Positions 9,805-19,400 of a stretch of DNA of 64,000 nt are shown in pieces. Every line of letters begins with the position of its first letter. The stretch's first letter is position 1. Origin of the DNA: a virus. The stretch covers positions 50,138 to 114,137 of the IMG/VR virus record IMGVR_UViG_3300045988_091011. The stretch is one strand, 5' to 3'. A program made the position numbers and the translations under genes. The notes under the pieces are model-generated. The model was not told the origin of the DNA. It worked only from the letters and a program-made list of their open reading frames with translations, and searched no databases.

Positions 9805-10869
9805 ATGATCTTTGTTACGTGCTTCATGCACGTATGTTTAACAATTAAATACTATAAAATTATGGGTGGTGATAAAATCGTCCTTTTAGATGGAGCCGGG
9901 GCTAACGGTGGTGGTGCAGCCACTAACGGTCTTCTTTCAATGATTCCCGGCATGTTTGCTAATTTGATAGGTGGTAATAAAATGGATCCGAATCTGGTGG
10001 CGGCTTTGATGAACGGTCGTAACAACCAGGACGGTTTCGGTGGGGCTAACGGTTGGTGGCTCTGGATAATTGTTTTGTTCTGGCTGTGGGGTGGACGCGG
10101 CTTCGGTAACGGTTTTGGAAATGGCGGTGATTGTTGCGCCAATGGTTTGCCGGCTCAGTTGAATAACGATTACGGTCGTGAACTTTTGATGCAGGCAATT
10201 CAAGGTAATCGTAGCGCCATAGATCAGATTGCTTCTGCTTTGAACTGTTCTACTACTCAACTTCAGAACGCTATCTGCAACGTACAGGGTGCTATTGATA
10301 AAGTAGCTGGTCAGGTAGGTATGACTTCTCAGGCTGTTATCAACGCAGTTCAACAACAAGGTTGTGAAATAGGAAATCAAATCAGCTCTTGCTGCTGCAA
10401 TCTGAGTTCGTTGATCAATCAAAGCACTTGCCAGACTCAGGGAATGATTACTCAGCAAGGTTTTGATAACCAGCTTCGCACGTTGGAACAAACCAATATC
10501 TTGCAGAACGGTCTCAACCAAGGTCTGGCTAACAATCGTGAGCAAGCTACAAGCCAATTCAATATCTTGTCTGCGAAACTTGACGCCCAAACCGTTATGA
10601 TCAACGACAAATTCTGTCAGTTGGAAATGAGGGAGATGCAGAACACTATTGCTCAACTTCGTGAAGAAAAAGCGGCTTTGACAGCTTCGGCATTATCTCA
10701 GCAACAAACCCAGAATATCGTTGGTCAATTACGCCCGACGGCCGTCCCGGCCTACCCCTCTTGTTCTCCTTACCAGGCTTATACTTGGGGACAGGTATTC
10801 GGAGGAGGTTGCTGCAATAACGGATGCGGATGTAACAACGGATGTTGCAATAACAACGCTGCTGTCTGA
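9805..10869 (+). CDS. Gly/Asn/Gln-rich protein with Cys doublets and one Trp-rich TM helix (alternative start ATG 9862). C-terminus GGGCCNNGCGCNNGCCNNNAAV.
   Basis: ORF. TM segment GWWLWIIVLFWLWGG. Internal CC/CCC motifs. Long Q/N-rich coiled region. Confidence 0.65.
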   Translation: MIFVTCFMHVCLTIKYYKIMGGDKIVLLDGAGANGGGAATNGLLSMIPGMFANLIGGNKMDPNLVAALMNGRNNQDGFGGANGWWLWIIVLFWLWGGRGFGNGFGNGGDCCANGLPAQLNNDYGRELLMQAIQGNRSAIDQIASALNCSTTQLQNAICNVQGAIDKVAGQVGMTSQAVINAVQQQGCEIGNQISSCCCNLSSLINQSTCQTQGMITQQGFDNQLRTLEQTNILQNGLNQGLANNREQATSQFNILSAKLDAQTVMINDKFCQLEMREMQNTIAQLREEKAALTASALSQQQTQNIVGQLRPTAVPAYPSCSPYQAYTWGQVFGGGCCNNGCGCNNGCCNNNAAV

Positions 10870-10892
10870 TTTTATTAAGAAAGGAGGCTAAT

Positions 10893-11306
10893 ATGGCTTG
10901 TGTTTCTAAAATAGGATCGTTGTATGAGATGGTTACGAAGAATGTTATTGTCAGTACGACAAATACAGTCTTCGGTATTAACCCACGGGCTTGGATCGCC
11001 CTTCCGTGTGAGGGTCTTATCCTTCTTAAGATAAGGCAAGTAGTTCCCACAGCCGGAAGTGCTCTACCGGTACAGATTGCGGTCCCGGCAAACAGTACAG
11101 TTTCAACAGTAGGAGCCGACACCTGTTGCCCGGTTACGGGAGTGAATGTCGTGAACCCTATTAACGTAGCTGTCACGGGTGCTGCTATGGTAAATGGCAC
11201 AGAACGCCTTCTGTACTTCAATAAAGTTCGTGGCGTGTTAAGATTAATGGATTGCTGTGTTCCAGTAGCGGCAGCCCAGGCGTCTGAAGTTAAAGCAGGT
11301 AAATGA
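10893..11306 (+). CDS. Hypothetical 137-aa protein with Cys doublets (DTCCPVTG, MDCCVP).
   Basis: Strong RBS AAGGAGG 7 nt upstream of ATG 10893. Confidence 0.7.
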   Translation: MACVSKIGSLYEMVTKNVIVSTTNTVFGINPRAWIALPCEGLILLKIRQVVPTAGSALPVQIAVPANSTVSTVGADTCCPVTGVNVVNPINVAVTGAAMVNGTERLLYFNKVRGVLRLMDCCVPVAAAQASEVKAGK

Positions 11307-11356
11307 TTTCAGTAGGGTGATGAAGATCATCACCCTATTTTCACCTAACTAATATT

Positions 11357-11851
11357 TTGATCATGTTTTCAGATTTGAAGAAAGGGTTTCAGGTACATAC
11401 CCTTGATACTAATACAGTACCTAAATACGAATTGGGAAAGGTAGTAGCCGTATCCGAACCCAGGTATCTTCCTCCTCAGCCAGGTCAGTATCAGGCGATG
11501 CAGACCCGCGTGGTGGATCTGACGGTAGAGCTCACTGGCGAAACCAAGACCTATACGGTCCCGGAATCCCAGAATGTGGCTAAGGCTATGGGCATAACAT
11601 TATCTACCAGCATAGATCCGATTATGAACGAACTGAATGCTATAAAAAACACCAGTCAAGACATAATAAACAGCGTAGATGCCCATCGTGCCAAGATAGA
11701 GGCTTGTGAATCTATATTAGAGGACATCAATCCGGCATTCAAACAAACGAGAGAGCAGGATCGTAAAATAGCTGGTATAGAAAATAAGGTGAATGACCTT
11801 ACTGATTCATTCGAAGATTTAAAGAAGTTAATTGTAGAACGTTTGAAATAA
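11357..11851 (+). CDS. Hypothetical protein, 164 aa.
   Basis: ORF in a co-oriented array. TAATATTTTG motif immediately upstream. Confidence 0.6.
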   Translation: MIMFSDLKKGFQVHTLDTNTVPKYELGKVVAVSEPRYLPPQPGQYQAMQTRVVDLTVELTGETKTYTVPESQNVAKAMGITLSTSIDPIMNELNAIKNTSQDIINSVDAHRAKIEACESILEDINPAFKQTREQDRKIAGIENKVNDLTDSFEDLKKLIVERLK

Positions 11852-11858
11852 GTATAAT

Positions 11859-12227
11859 ATGATAGTATATGATTTAAATTCAGGACACAGAGAATATCCT
11901 GGATATGACGAGATAGAAGACAGACGAGGTGGAGGCAGAGGCAGAAGCCGGCGTTCTGATGGGACGTACATGGGGTACGGTGGTGGTATTTACGACCATT
12001 ACGGTATGCATGAGAAGATGAAGGAAATGGAAGAGCGAGAAAACGAGCTGGAAGAAAGGGAAAGAAGGCTTGAAGAGCGCGAACGTCGTCATGAAATGGA
12101 GGACCGGGAATACCGGAGGATGGGTTACGAATCCTACCCGACCGATTACTATGGAGACGACAGATACTACGGTGACGGACCTCAGATGCGTAGAGGTCGC
12201 GGACGTGGCAGAGGTCGTTCTTATTGA
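11859..12227 (+). CDS. Low-complexity RGG/RG-box and ER-repeat protein (RGGGRGRSRR ... EERERRLEERERRHEMEDREYRR ... RRGRGRGRGRSY).
   Basis: ORF read directly. Ends at TGA 12225-12227, which is in frame with the next ORF. Confidence 0.6.
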   Translation: MIVYDLNSGHREYPGYDEIEDRRGGGRGRSRRSDGTYMGYGGGIYDHYGMHEKMKEMEERENELEERERRLEERERRHEMEDREYRRMGYESYPTDYYGDDRYYGDGPQMRRGRGRGRGRSY

Positions 12228-12320
12228 GGAGCAGACGCAGAGGATCCAGCTTATCAGAAATATGTAGATACTTACGGCTACCATTTTTCTAATGCTCTCG
12301 CTGATGAGGCGGTAAAGAAG

Positions 12321-12614
12321 ATGGTCAACGTCGATGGATCCAAGAGGATCTGGAAGCAGCCGGAAATAAAAGATATTTTTGAAAAGTGCGGAGCGAAGAA
12401 GCCGGATAAAGCGACATGGGGCGATGTCCAATATGTCTTTGCAATGTACTATTCGGATGGTTTTCCGAAGGTCTTCAAATGTGAGAACGAGTTGGTGAAA
12501 GCTACGTTAATGTATTTGGATGATCCGGATGCTCCCGAAGGAGTAGCCTTTATAAGATGGCTTGCCGTGCAAGATTACCTCGGCGAAAAAATAAACTGGA
12601 AGGATCTGACCTGA
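12321..12614 (+). CDS. Hypothetical protein (97 aa from the ATG). The frame is open from 12228, right after the in-frame TGA of the previous gene.
   Basis: ORF. The 31 upstream codons carry no stop and no ATG/GTG/TTG, and read GADAEDPAYQKYVDTYGYHFSNALADEAVKK. Confidence 0.6.
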   Translation: MVNVDGSKRIWKQPEIKDIFEKCGAKKPDKATWGDVQYVFAMYYSDGFPKVFKCENELVKATLMYLDDPDAPEGVAFIRWLAVQDYLGEKINWKDLT

Positions 12615-12779
12615 GATCCAGATCCAGGTCCTTCCGGTGGTGCGGGAGCCATAGTAAAAAATATGATTCCCGCATTCCCGTTTTTCCCGTTTGGAAAAAA
12701 AGGAATAAAAATATTATACCGGTCGGCGGGCAATAGAATACCCGTGGCCGGTTTGTTTCACATAACTTTTTTTTTTGAC

Positions 12780-12956
12780 ATGAATATAGCACACGAATCT
12801 AAATCGAATAAAACCCCATTGTATTTAATAGGAGAGTTGATTGGCGTACCGAATACGGTTATGGACTCAGCATTGCATGAACTGAAAGATAGAATAGACA
12901 AAGACCCTAAATATAAAGATGTTAAAAATTGGCTCGAATCTTTACCCAAGATCTGA
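12780..12956 (+). CDS. Small hypothetical protein (58 aa, MNIAHESKSNK...). The track's 12663 start probably over-extends it.
   Basis: ATG at 12780 after a T-run. Followed by a terminator hairpin. Confidence 0.4.
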   Translation: MNIAHESKSNKTPLYLIGELIGVPNTVMDSALHELKDRIDKDPKYKDVKNWLESLPKI

Positions 12957-12979
12957 ACCTATTTTTTTTCAATACCAGG

Positions 12980-13014
12980 CCCGATGCGATTTTAACGTAT
13001 CGGGTTTTTATTTT
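12980..13014 (+). terminator. Rho-independent terminator (CCCGAT-loop-ATCGGG followed by TTTTTATTTT).
   Basis: Read directly. Confidence 0.6.
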
Positions 13015-13084
13015 AATTCATATTGTTTTATTTTAAATCTAATTAATTTATGAATGTCGTACATTTGTTGAAAAACTATTCTAT

Positions 13085-13312
13085 ATGGAAAATAAGGAAG
13101 ATTACGTTGGTTACGAAGATCAAGAACTGTGCAACCGGTATTATAAAGAGGCTGAAGCCATGAGGCAAAAGCAGGACTGGTCTCGGCTTAGGGCTGTCCC
13201 TGCTCCGGCTAAGGGAACGCCATCGCCCGGATGGGGTCAGCTTGGACGTGGAAATGATGTCCGTGTTAAGTATGTTAGCATCAATTCAGGATTAGGAGGG
13301 GATAGGTTATGA
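13085..13312 (+). CDS. Hypothetical protein, 75 aa.
   Basis: ORF in a co-oriented array. No motif recognised. Confidence 0.45.
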   Translation: MENKEDYVGYEDQELCNRYYKEAEAMRQKQDWSRLRAVPAPAKGTPSPGWGQLGRGNDVRVKYVSINSGLGGDRL

Positions 13313-13524
13313 CTGTAGAAGAATTGGCTAATAAAAGATACGGTGGCGAATTTGTTTTCATGTTTGGTCATCTTGAAGGTAGAACAAGATTCGTTTTTGA
13401 ATGCTTTGATCCCAGACCTGATCACGAAGGTAAAAACACTTATATAGTTTCTTATTTTGATAAGGAACTTCGTAGAAGAGATGTGGTAGATGTGCCATGT
13501 TATATGAATATTTTGCCAAAATAA
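13309..13524 (+). CDS. Hypothetical protein, 71 aa.
   Basis: Strong RBS AGGAGGGG upstream of ATG 13309. Start overlaps the previous stop (ATGA). Confidence 0.6.
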   Translation: MTVEELANKRYGGEFVFMFGHLEGRTRFVFECFDPRPDHEGKNTYIVSYFDKELRRRDVVDVPCYMNILPK

Positions 13525-13727
13525 TGGAAACATTAATCTTAGATGTACCTGTATTTTCCGGTAAGATTATTTCTCCTATCTGGATTAAAGCCGTAAGAGA
13601 TTTTCAATCCAAATCGAAGACAGAAAGAGACTCGTATTGTTTGATTTGTGGATGTACAGGAGGGTGTAACTTGTGCGATGATATAAGTAAATATAGGATT
13701 TCAGAACAATTAAAATATTACAAATAA
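13497..13727 (+). CDS. Hypothetical protein, 76 aa, Cys-containing (CLICGCTGGCNLCDD).
   Basis: ORF in the array. Confidence 0.45.
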   Translation: MLYEYFAKIMETLILDVPVFSGKIISPIWIKAVRDFQSKSKTERDSYCLICGCTGGCNLCDDISKYRISEQLKYYK

Positions 13728-13850
13728 TGGAATTAAAAGATTCAGTCAGGGTAATGACTAAAGAAGAGTTCGAATCAGCAATCAACGAAGATATTAAATT
13801 CGTTGAAGGAATTAAGCATTTTTTTTAAACATGATGATGCTACGAGGGTA

Positions 13851-14492
13851 ATGGAACACGTAAAGTCCGTGTTAGAGGCATCAGTAGACTACCACTACCC
13901 GAATCATCCTGAACCTGAAGCAGAACCTGGAGACATGGGAGAGGTTTCTGATGGATACCATACTTTCAATGAATTGTATCGGTACCGCATGTTGTATAAC
14001 GCCGCCTTCTTTAATCTATTAGCCAGAAACGGACAGGTTGAAGTTTGCAAATCAAGAAAGCACAGTGACGGAGAAAAATGCTTCGGTTCTGATGATTGGT
14101 TTATTGTGATGGCGATCCTACCTACCGGTCAGGTATCTAATCACTATGAAAGCAAATACTGGGATTTGTTTGATGTTCCTGAAAGAGAAACCGCTTTCGA
14201 ATACGATGGCCATACACCAAATGAAGCTGCCGACAGACTTGAACAGTATCTTAATCAAAAGAAGTCAGGTTTAACATTTGAAGAAGCTTTTAAATTCCTG
14301 AAAGGTGGTAATATGATCAAAAGACGTGGATGGAAAAATGAACATCTTGATGCTTTTAGAAGAAGTGGTGTTAGCTCAATTCATATGGAAAAGTCATTGA
14401 TCATAATTATAAATGAAGAAACACGGAGGCTGACATCGTGGAACCCAAGTATAGAAGATATATCGTCGAATGATTGGGAGATTACGAAATGA
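13851..14492 (+). CDS. Hypothetical protein (about 213 aa from ATG 13851; the track's 13803 start is a TTG).
   Basis: ORF. A short 34-aa ORF (13727-13828) lies just upstream. Confidence 0.55.
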   Translation: MEHVKSVLEASVDYHYPNHPEPEAEPGDMGEVSDGYHTFNELYRYRMLYNAAFFNLLARNGQVEVCKSRKHSDGEKCFGSDDWFIVMAILPTGQVSNHYESKYWDLFDVPERETAFEYDGHTPNEAADRLEQYLNQKKSGLTFEEAFKFLKGGNMIKRRGWKNEHLDAFRRSGVSSIHMEKSLIIIINEETRRLTSWNPSIEDISSNDWEITK

Positions 14493-14764
14493 GTTTGTTT
14501 GTATGTTCAAAGTGTGGCTGTATAGATAATACAGCCACATCATATTACTGGGCTCTTATAAGACCTTGTAAGAATCGTATTTACGATAAGTCGCTAAAGG
14601 GATATGAAGGCAAGCCTCTTTGTTCTGAATGTGCCGCTATTGAATATAGTAAGGGGGACGAATTGGTGGTAGTTCCTGGAACGTGGCATGGTAAATTCAA
14701 GAAAGAATGGCCTACTGAAGAAGAAAAGAAACATATTGGTAAAAACGGAATATTAAATTTATAG
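14474..14764 (+). CDS. Small zinc-ribbon protein (CSKCGC...CSEC).
   Basis: Two CxxC pairs. gggag RBS-like sequence upstream. Confidence 0.55.
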   Translation: MGDYEMSLFVCSKCGCIDNTATSYYWALIRPCKNRIYDKSLKGYEGKPLCSECAAIEYSKGDELVVVPGTWHGKFKKEWPTEEEKKHIGKNGILNL

Positions 14765-14766
14765 TC

Positions 14767-15072
14767 ATGTGTAATAAAGAAATCGTGATATGCGCCGCCA
14801 TCTGGGTACAGGACGACAAGAAACGTCCCTATCAGCCCACCAATATACCATCCGGCACCGTGTTCTGTGGATTGAGACACCCCTCTATACTATCTCAACT
14901 TGCGGCATACGGAATAGCTCATAAAAACCGCAGTGTTCAAGGATTTTTGACAAGCAAGAACCGGTTTTTAACAAGAGAGGAGGCATCTGAACTTGTTAAG
15001 AGCAATAATCAGGAAATGATAGTAGATAGGAATGCCGTTAGAGAACAATTGTATTCAGAAGATCTATATTAA
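14767..15072 (+). CDS. Hypothetical protein, 101 aa.
   Basis: ORF in the array. Confidence 0.5.
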   Translation: MCNKEIVICAAIWVQDDKKRPYQPTNIPSGTVFCGLRHPSILSQLAAYGIAHKNRSVQGFLTSKNRFLTREEASELVKSNNQEMIVDRNAVREQLYSEDLY

Positions 15073-15089
15073 CTAAAAAACAAAACAAC

Positions 15090-15443
15090 ATGGGGTTTAA
15101 AATCAAAAAGTCAATCACTTATGATATGATGAACAGTAGTCGGGTAGAGTACGAATTTGATAATACCAATGATTTAAATCATATCATATTTAAAGGTAAT
15201 TGTAGAGAACCTTTTTCATTTAGCAGAGTACTTGTTGAAGAATTGATTAAGACATTTGAAACCATACAGGATAGATACTCTGATAATTATGAACTTAAGG
15301 TCTATCTTTACAATTGCATAATTCAACTGAGCGTAAATCCAAAGGATCCCAGTGAATCCTTTTTTGGCGTATATGATAGAGATGAGATGAAATTGATATA
15401 TAGTATAAAAAATAGTATCTTGAAAGGAATGTTTGGCATATGA
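15090..15443 (+). CDS. Hypothetical protein, 117 aa.
   Basis: ORF in the array. Confidence 0.5.
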   Translation: MGFKIKKSITYDMMNSSRVEYEFDNTNDLNHIIFKGNCREPFSFSRVLVEELIKTFETIQDRYSDNYELKVYLYNCIIQLSVNPKDPSESFFGVYDRDEMKLIYSIKNSILKGMFGI

Positions 15444-15757
15444 TTACTAAACAAGATATACAAGCAGCAGCATCGTATGTTTTCCGAAGCAGTTTTGTCT
15501 CGGAGGACCGGGCAAGGAAAGCGATGGTAAGAGCCGGCAATAACGCTACCAAGATCCTCATCAAGACCTTTAGAGGTAAGTTGTTCAAGAAAGCTTTTGA
15601 AAGAGCCCGTAGAGGAAAGGATATCAGTTCTTTTGAAAGACAGGAAAAAGAAAGTGGTTTCAATTTTCTACACAATCATAATAATGGTCGTATGCGAAGC
15701 GGTCATATTGTAATAAACGGAATTGGTATGTTTAAACAAATAATTCATGAAAGGTAA
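15440..15757 (+). CDS. Hypothetical basic protein, 105 aa.
   Basis: ORF. ATGA start/stop overlap with the previous gene. Confidence 0.5.
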   Translation: MITKQDIQAAASYVFRSSFVSEDRARKAMVRAGNNATKILIKTFRGKLFKKAFERARRGKDISSFERQEKESGFNFLHNHNNGRMRSGHIVINGIGMFKQIIHER

Positions 15758-15920
15758 AAAAGTTGATATTCGTTTAGGCAGAGGTCTGGCGAATCAGATT
15801 AAGATAAACAAAACCATCCCAGTGTCTCATAAACCAAAAGAAGAACGTCGAATGATGTTTATTTGTGGTGATGATATTGCTTCTCTTATAAAGCGGTTTG
15901 AAAACGAATCAAAGTAATAT
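15747..15920 (+). CDS. Unlisted small ORF (57 aa, MKGKKVDIRLGRGLANQIKINK...).
   Basis: ATG 15747 overlaps the previous stop. Ends just before a terminator hairpin. Confidence 0.3.
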
Positions 15921-15923
15921 AAA

Positions 15924-15953
15924 GTCGGACATGTGTCTTGTCCGATTTTTTTT
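15924..15953 (+). terminator. Rho-independent terminator (TCGGACA-tgtgtct-TGTCCGA followed by T9).
   Basis: Read directly. Confidence 0.65.
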
Positions 15954-15967
15954 TATATATTTGTGGC

Positions 15968-16291
15968 ATGGCAAGAGGTTATTATTGGATACCACAAACA
16001 GATGAAACGTTAAATGGCAGAAGCTATTACGTGGCTAAGATAGTAGGAGATATCACGTTTGATACTAAACGAAAAAGAATCGTATTTCAAGCTGATAGGT
16101 ATTTCCCTGTAGGATCTGTTTTCCATTTTACGCACAATTGCTTCAATTATATCATAACTTGCCGACTTCGCAAGCCGGGGCTTTGGTTTGAAGCCAGGAG
16201 AGAGGATTCGGGCCCTATTTGCCCTGAAGATATTGAGCGCTTTGAATCGGGAAGGTTTATTCACCGAGATGGGTACATGCATTACATATAA
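15968..16291 (+). CDS. Hypothetical protein (about 107 aa from ATG 15968).
   Basis: ORF. The track start lies inside the terminator, so ATG 15968 is preferred. Confidence 0.45.
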   Translation: MARGYYWIPQTDETLNGRSYYVAKIVGDITFDTKRKRIVFQADRYFPVGSVFHFTHNCFNYIITCRLRKPGLWFEARREDSGPICPEDIERFESGRFIHRDGYMHYI

Positions 16292-16344
16292 GCTGAACTT
16301 GACGATTTTTCGTCAGATTATAATTTTTTTTCATATTATTTTTA

Positions 16345-16380
16345 AGCCATCAGACTGAGAAGTTAGATGGCTTTGTTTTA
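16345..16380 (+). terminator. Hairpin terminator (AGCCATC-14nt-GATGGCT followed by TTGTTTTA).
   Basis: Read directly. Confidence 0.5.
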
Positions 16381-16400
16381 TCATATGCTTGATTTTTAAC

Positions 16401-16408
16401 TACCTTTG
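16401..16408 (+). promoter_or_regulatory. Candidate Bacteroidetes-type -7 element (TAccTTTG), 23 nt upstream of ATG 16432.
   Basis: TAnnTTTG match. Confidence 0.3.
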
Positions 16409-16431
16409 TCTCATAACAAAAATGTTTTATC

Positions 16432-19400
16432 ATGGTATCAGCGTGTATTATTAAAAGAGATAATAAAAAGAAAGTTGTTTCTGTCTCTACCAGATCAGGG
16501 GACAGGTCTATGTTATTTGATAAAATAGCATCTATTCCTCTTATGGAGAACAGGGAACGGGCTACTACTGTTTTTAAAACCGTATTTTCCAACAAGTTCT
16601 TAAAGGCTTTTGGTGACTGGAGAAGGAATGTGCCTATCAACAAACAGGCTTACAATAAGGTAAAATCTAACATCGGCCTTATTCCAGAGACCTATAGAGA
16701 AAGGGTGCTGGATAAGGCTTCTAAGATGAGCAACCCTATTCTTGTGTCGAAATCAGATGCACCTTATGGGATTCAAGAATCAGGCTTTGGATTTTATAGC
16801 CAAGATCTGGGTGATAATATTATGTTGGTAGATGCTATGGTCCCGTCAAGTATTTCCGTACCGGAAGGACCTGGAATAGACGCCGGGCAGTATCTACAAG
16901 ATGCTATATCTTCGGACTTTACTCCCGTATCTATGGTACAGGATAAGGGTGTTAATTATATGGTTATAAAAGACGGTCTTAAGATATTTAGTCCAGAAGA
17001 GCTACCAGAAACAGATTCTAATCCTGTGGGTGTAACGTATCAGACTGGAGAACCTCGTTTGTTTTTTATGAATGATCGTAATCAATTATTTGAAGATTAC
17101 GGAGAAGCTCTTCGCTCTGGCGGGAATGATATCAGAATAGGATTCTTATCAGGCATCGTTCAAGAATCTACCGTGGATGGAGTGGCAGACATTACTTACA
17201 AGGCTGGAAAGTATGTTCTTAATAATCCCAAGTCTTTTATACCGGTCATGACCGCTTCTGCTTCTACTTCTTTATCAACAAAAGGCGGGATAATTAACTA
17301 CCTTATAAAGAAAGGTCTTTTATCAGGATCTAAGATATTCGATTCTGAAACAAGAAGCTATTATCTTACAGGAGAAGGTTATACAGGACAAATTAGACTT
17401 TTCAATTCAGCCTTATCATACACCGAGCTCCGTAATCATTTTGGTTCCGATGTTTCCATGAACGACCAAGGTATGATAACCATAAGCTCGTTGGATAATA
17501 GTAAGGTAACTATGAGACTCGCCACCGGAGGAACGGAAAGGGTTAGTAGGGAACAGATAAAGAACGATCTTAAGTCTGGAAGATACAATGAATTGGACGC
17601 CAAGTACGATCATTTTGATGCGCTTGTAGTTTCATTCATATTAGAAGATAACGATCTTTATGCTGATACTAAAGCTAAGATCGTATCAGATTATAGCAGG
17701 CAGGAACGTGATCAACGAAATTCTATTGTCGAGATACTGAAAACTCTTGGCGTTAGTGTCATAGGTATGACCGACTATATAGAGAAATACCAAACCAAAT
17801 ACGGGCACGAACCTTCTGCTAAGGCATTGGCGGATATTGCCAATAACGTAATAGCAGTTGGTGAAGATGCTACTTTATCTGATTTAGTAGAAGAAACAGC
17901 CCACTTCCTTGTAGAGGCATACAGAGATCAGAATGCTGTTGAGGCTGTTCTGGAAGATGTGGAAGGTACGGAAGAGTGGAACCAGTATGCAGGTCAGTAT
18001 TATAATACATACGGTAAGGTATATGAAGGAGCTGAGCTTGATAATGCGGTTAGGAGAGAAATTCTTGGAAAGATCCTCGCCAGGGAGATGCAGACCGGCA
18101 CAGCACAGGCTCCGGTAGAGCCCACCTCCTTCCTGGGGCGCGTCCGGCAGCTTCTCTCTGGAATAGTAAGCTGGCTTAAATCAGCTTTATCTACTCAAAG
18201 ACAAGATTTGAATAACGTTATTAAAAACATTCGTGATCTTGCCATTACTGACATAGATAAAGGATTTGATACCTCTCTGTTAAAGGATAATGACTTTACA
18301 TTATATTCTCTTTCTTCTATGAACAAGAACAAGTTTCTTGAGTCTAAGATCCTGGCATTGAGAAAAACCTTAAGAGACTTACGTCAGATAAGCTCTGATA
18401 GGGCTGTAACTACGTCTATGACCCTTGCTCAGCTTAAGACCATAGAAGATAAGATAAATAAGGTAGAGACCGAAATAGACAAGAATGAGATGGCGGCTGC
18501 CATGAACAGCATGATCTCTACAGCCGAAGCTCAGGTCAGATACTTAAGTAATGTGGTGAACACCATCCTTCATGGTGATACCAAAGACGGCAAGCTTCAC
18601 TTCAATACCAATGATCGAAAGAACGTAGATATTATCAACAATCAGGTTCTTCCGATCATGAACGATCTTCGAGGATATATCCGTAACAGAAGTACCGAAT
18701 TTGATGAACGTGAAAAGCAGGATTATACAAATAGGATCAATACCGTCATTGCCGACATCAATGGTATTCAGTCTGATATTAAATCAGTACAAGACCTTGA
18801 TGAAAGTACGTTGCTTGATAAATTAATGAACGAACTTCATGTGCCGGCAGATAAGGTAAAGAGAGTAAAAGAATTTTTTGACAAGGTTCAACACGATGTT
18901 TCTTGGATAAGTAGGTGGTTCGGTATATTAGAGCATTCTTCCAGTCCGTTCAATAACGCTCTTGGAGCTATGATTGCCAAAGACAATTACAATGCGATGG
19001 TGAATGCCCAGCCCGCCATATCCGACTTCCTGGCATATGCTAAAAAGCATGGTTTTAACAAATCTGAATTTGAAAAACTGCTTCAGAAAGTAGACGGCAA
19101 AACTTCTAATTACCTTCGTAGTGCTCTTGATATGGCTAAATACGATCGTAATAAGAAGTTGGCGCAGATGCGAGCGTTTGCGACTGCCATGAACATAGAA
19201 ATATCAGAAGAAGAAATTGGTGATGTGGTTGACAATAATCGTAATTACGTATTTAAAAGAGAAGTAGTTGACAAGGACGGAAATACGGTTACTGAAAACG
19301 CTAAATTCAAACCATCGTCTGATAGAGTTAATACCGATATTTTTACCATCGAGCAGGAAAAGGTCTATACGGAGCAGATGGAAAAGTGGGATGCTGAAAA

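Noticed and set aside
9852-11221. Long antisense ORFs (9852-10142, 9937-10656, 10646-11221, all on the - strand) opposite the Gly/Gln/Asn-rich genes.
   Set aside because: The sense strand has a strong RBS and continuous co-oriented genes. The antisense of Q/N/G-rich coding sequence is naturally stop-poor.
12070-12267. A +1-frame ORF overlapping the RGG protein gene (11880-12431 - and 12070-12267 +).
   Set aside because: Repeat-driven open frames. No start context. They overlap a better-supported gene.
13727-13860. Possible programmed frameshift at the T8 run 13819-13826. It would link a 34-aa ORF (13727-13828) to the 229-aa ORF.
   Set aside because: The downstream ORF has its own ATG (13851), and the track start was a TTG. 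Not needed to explain the data. A homopolymer could equally be a sequencing artefact.
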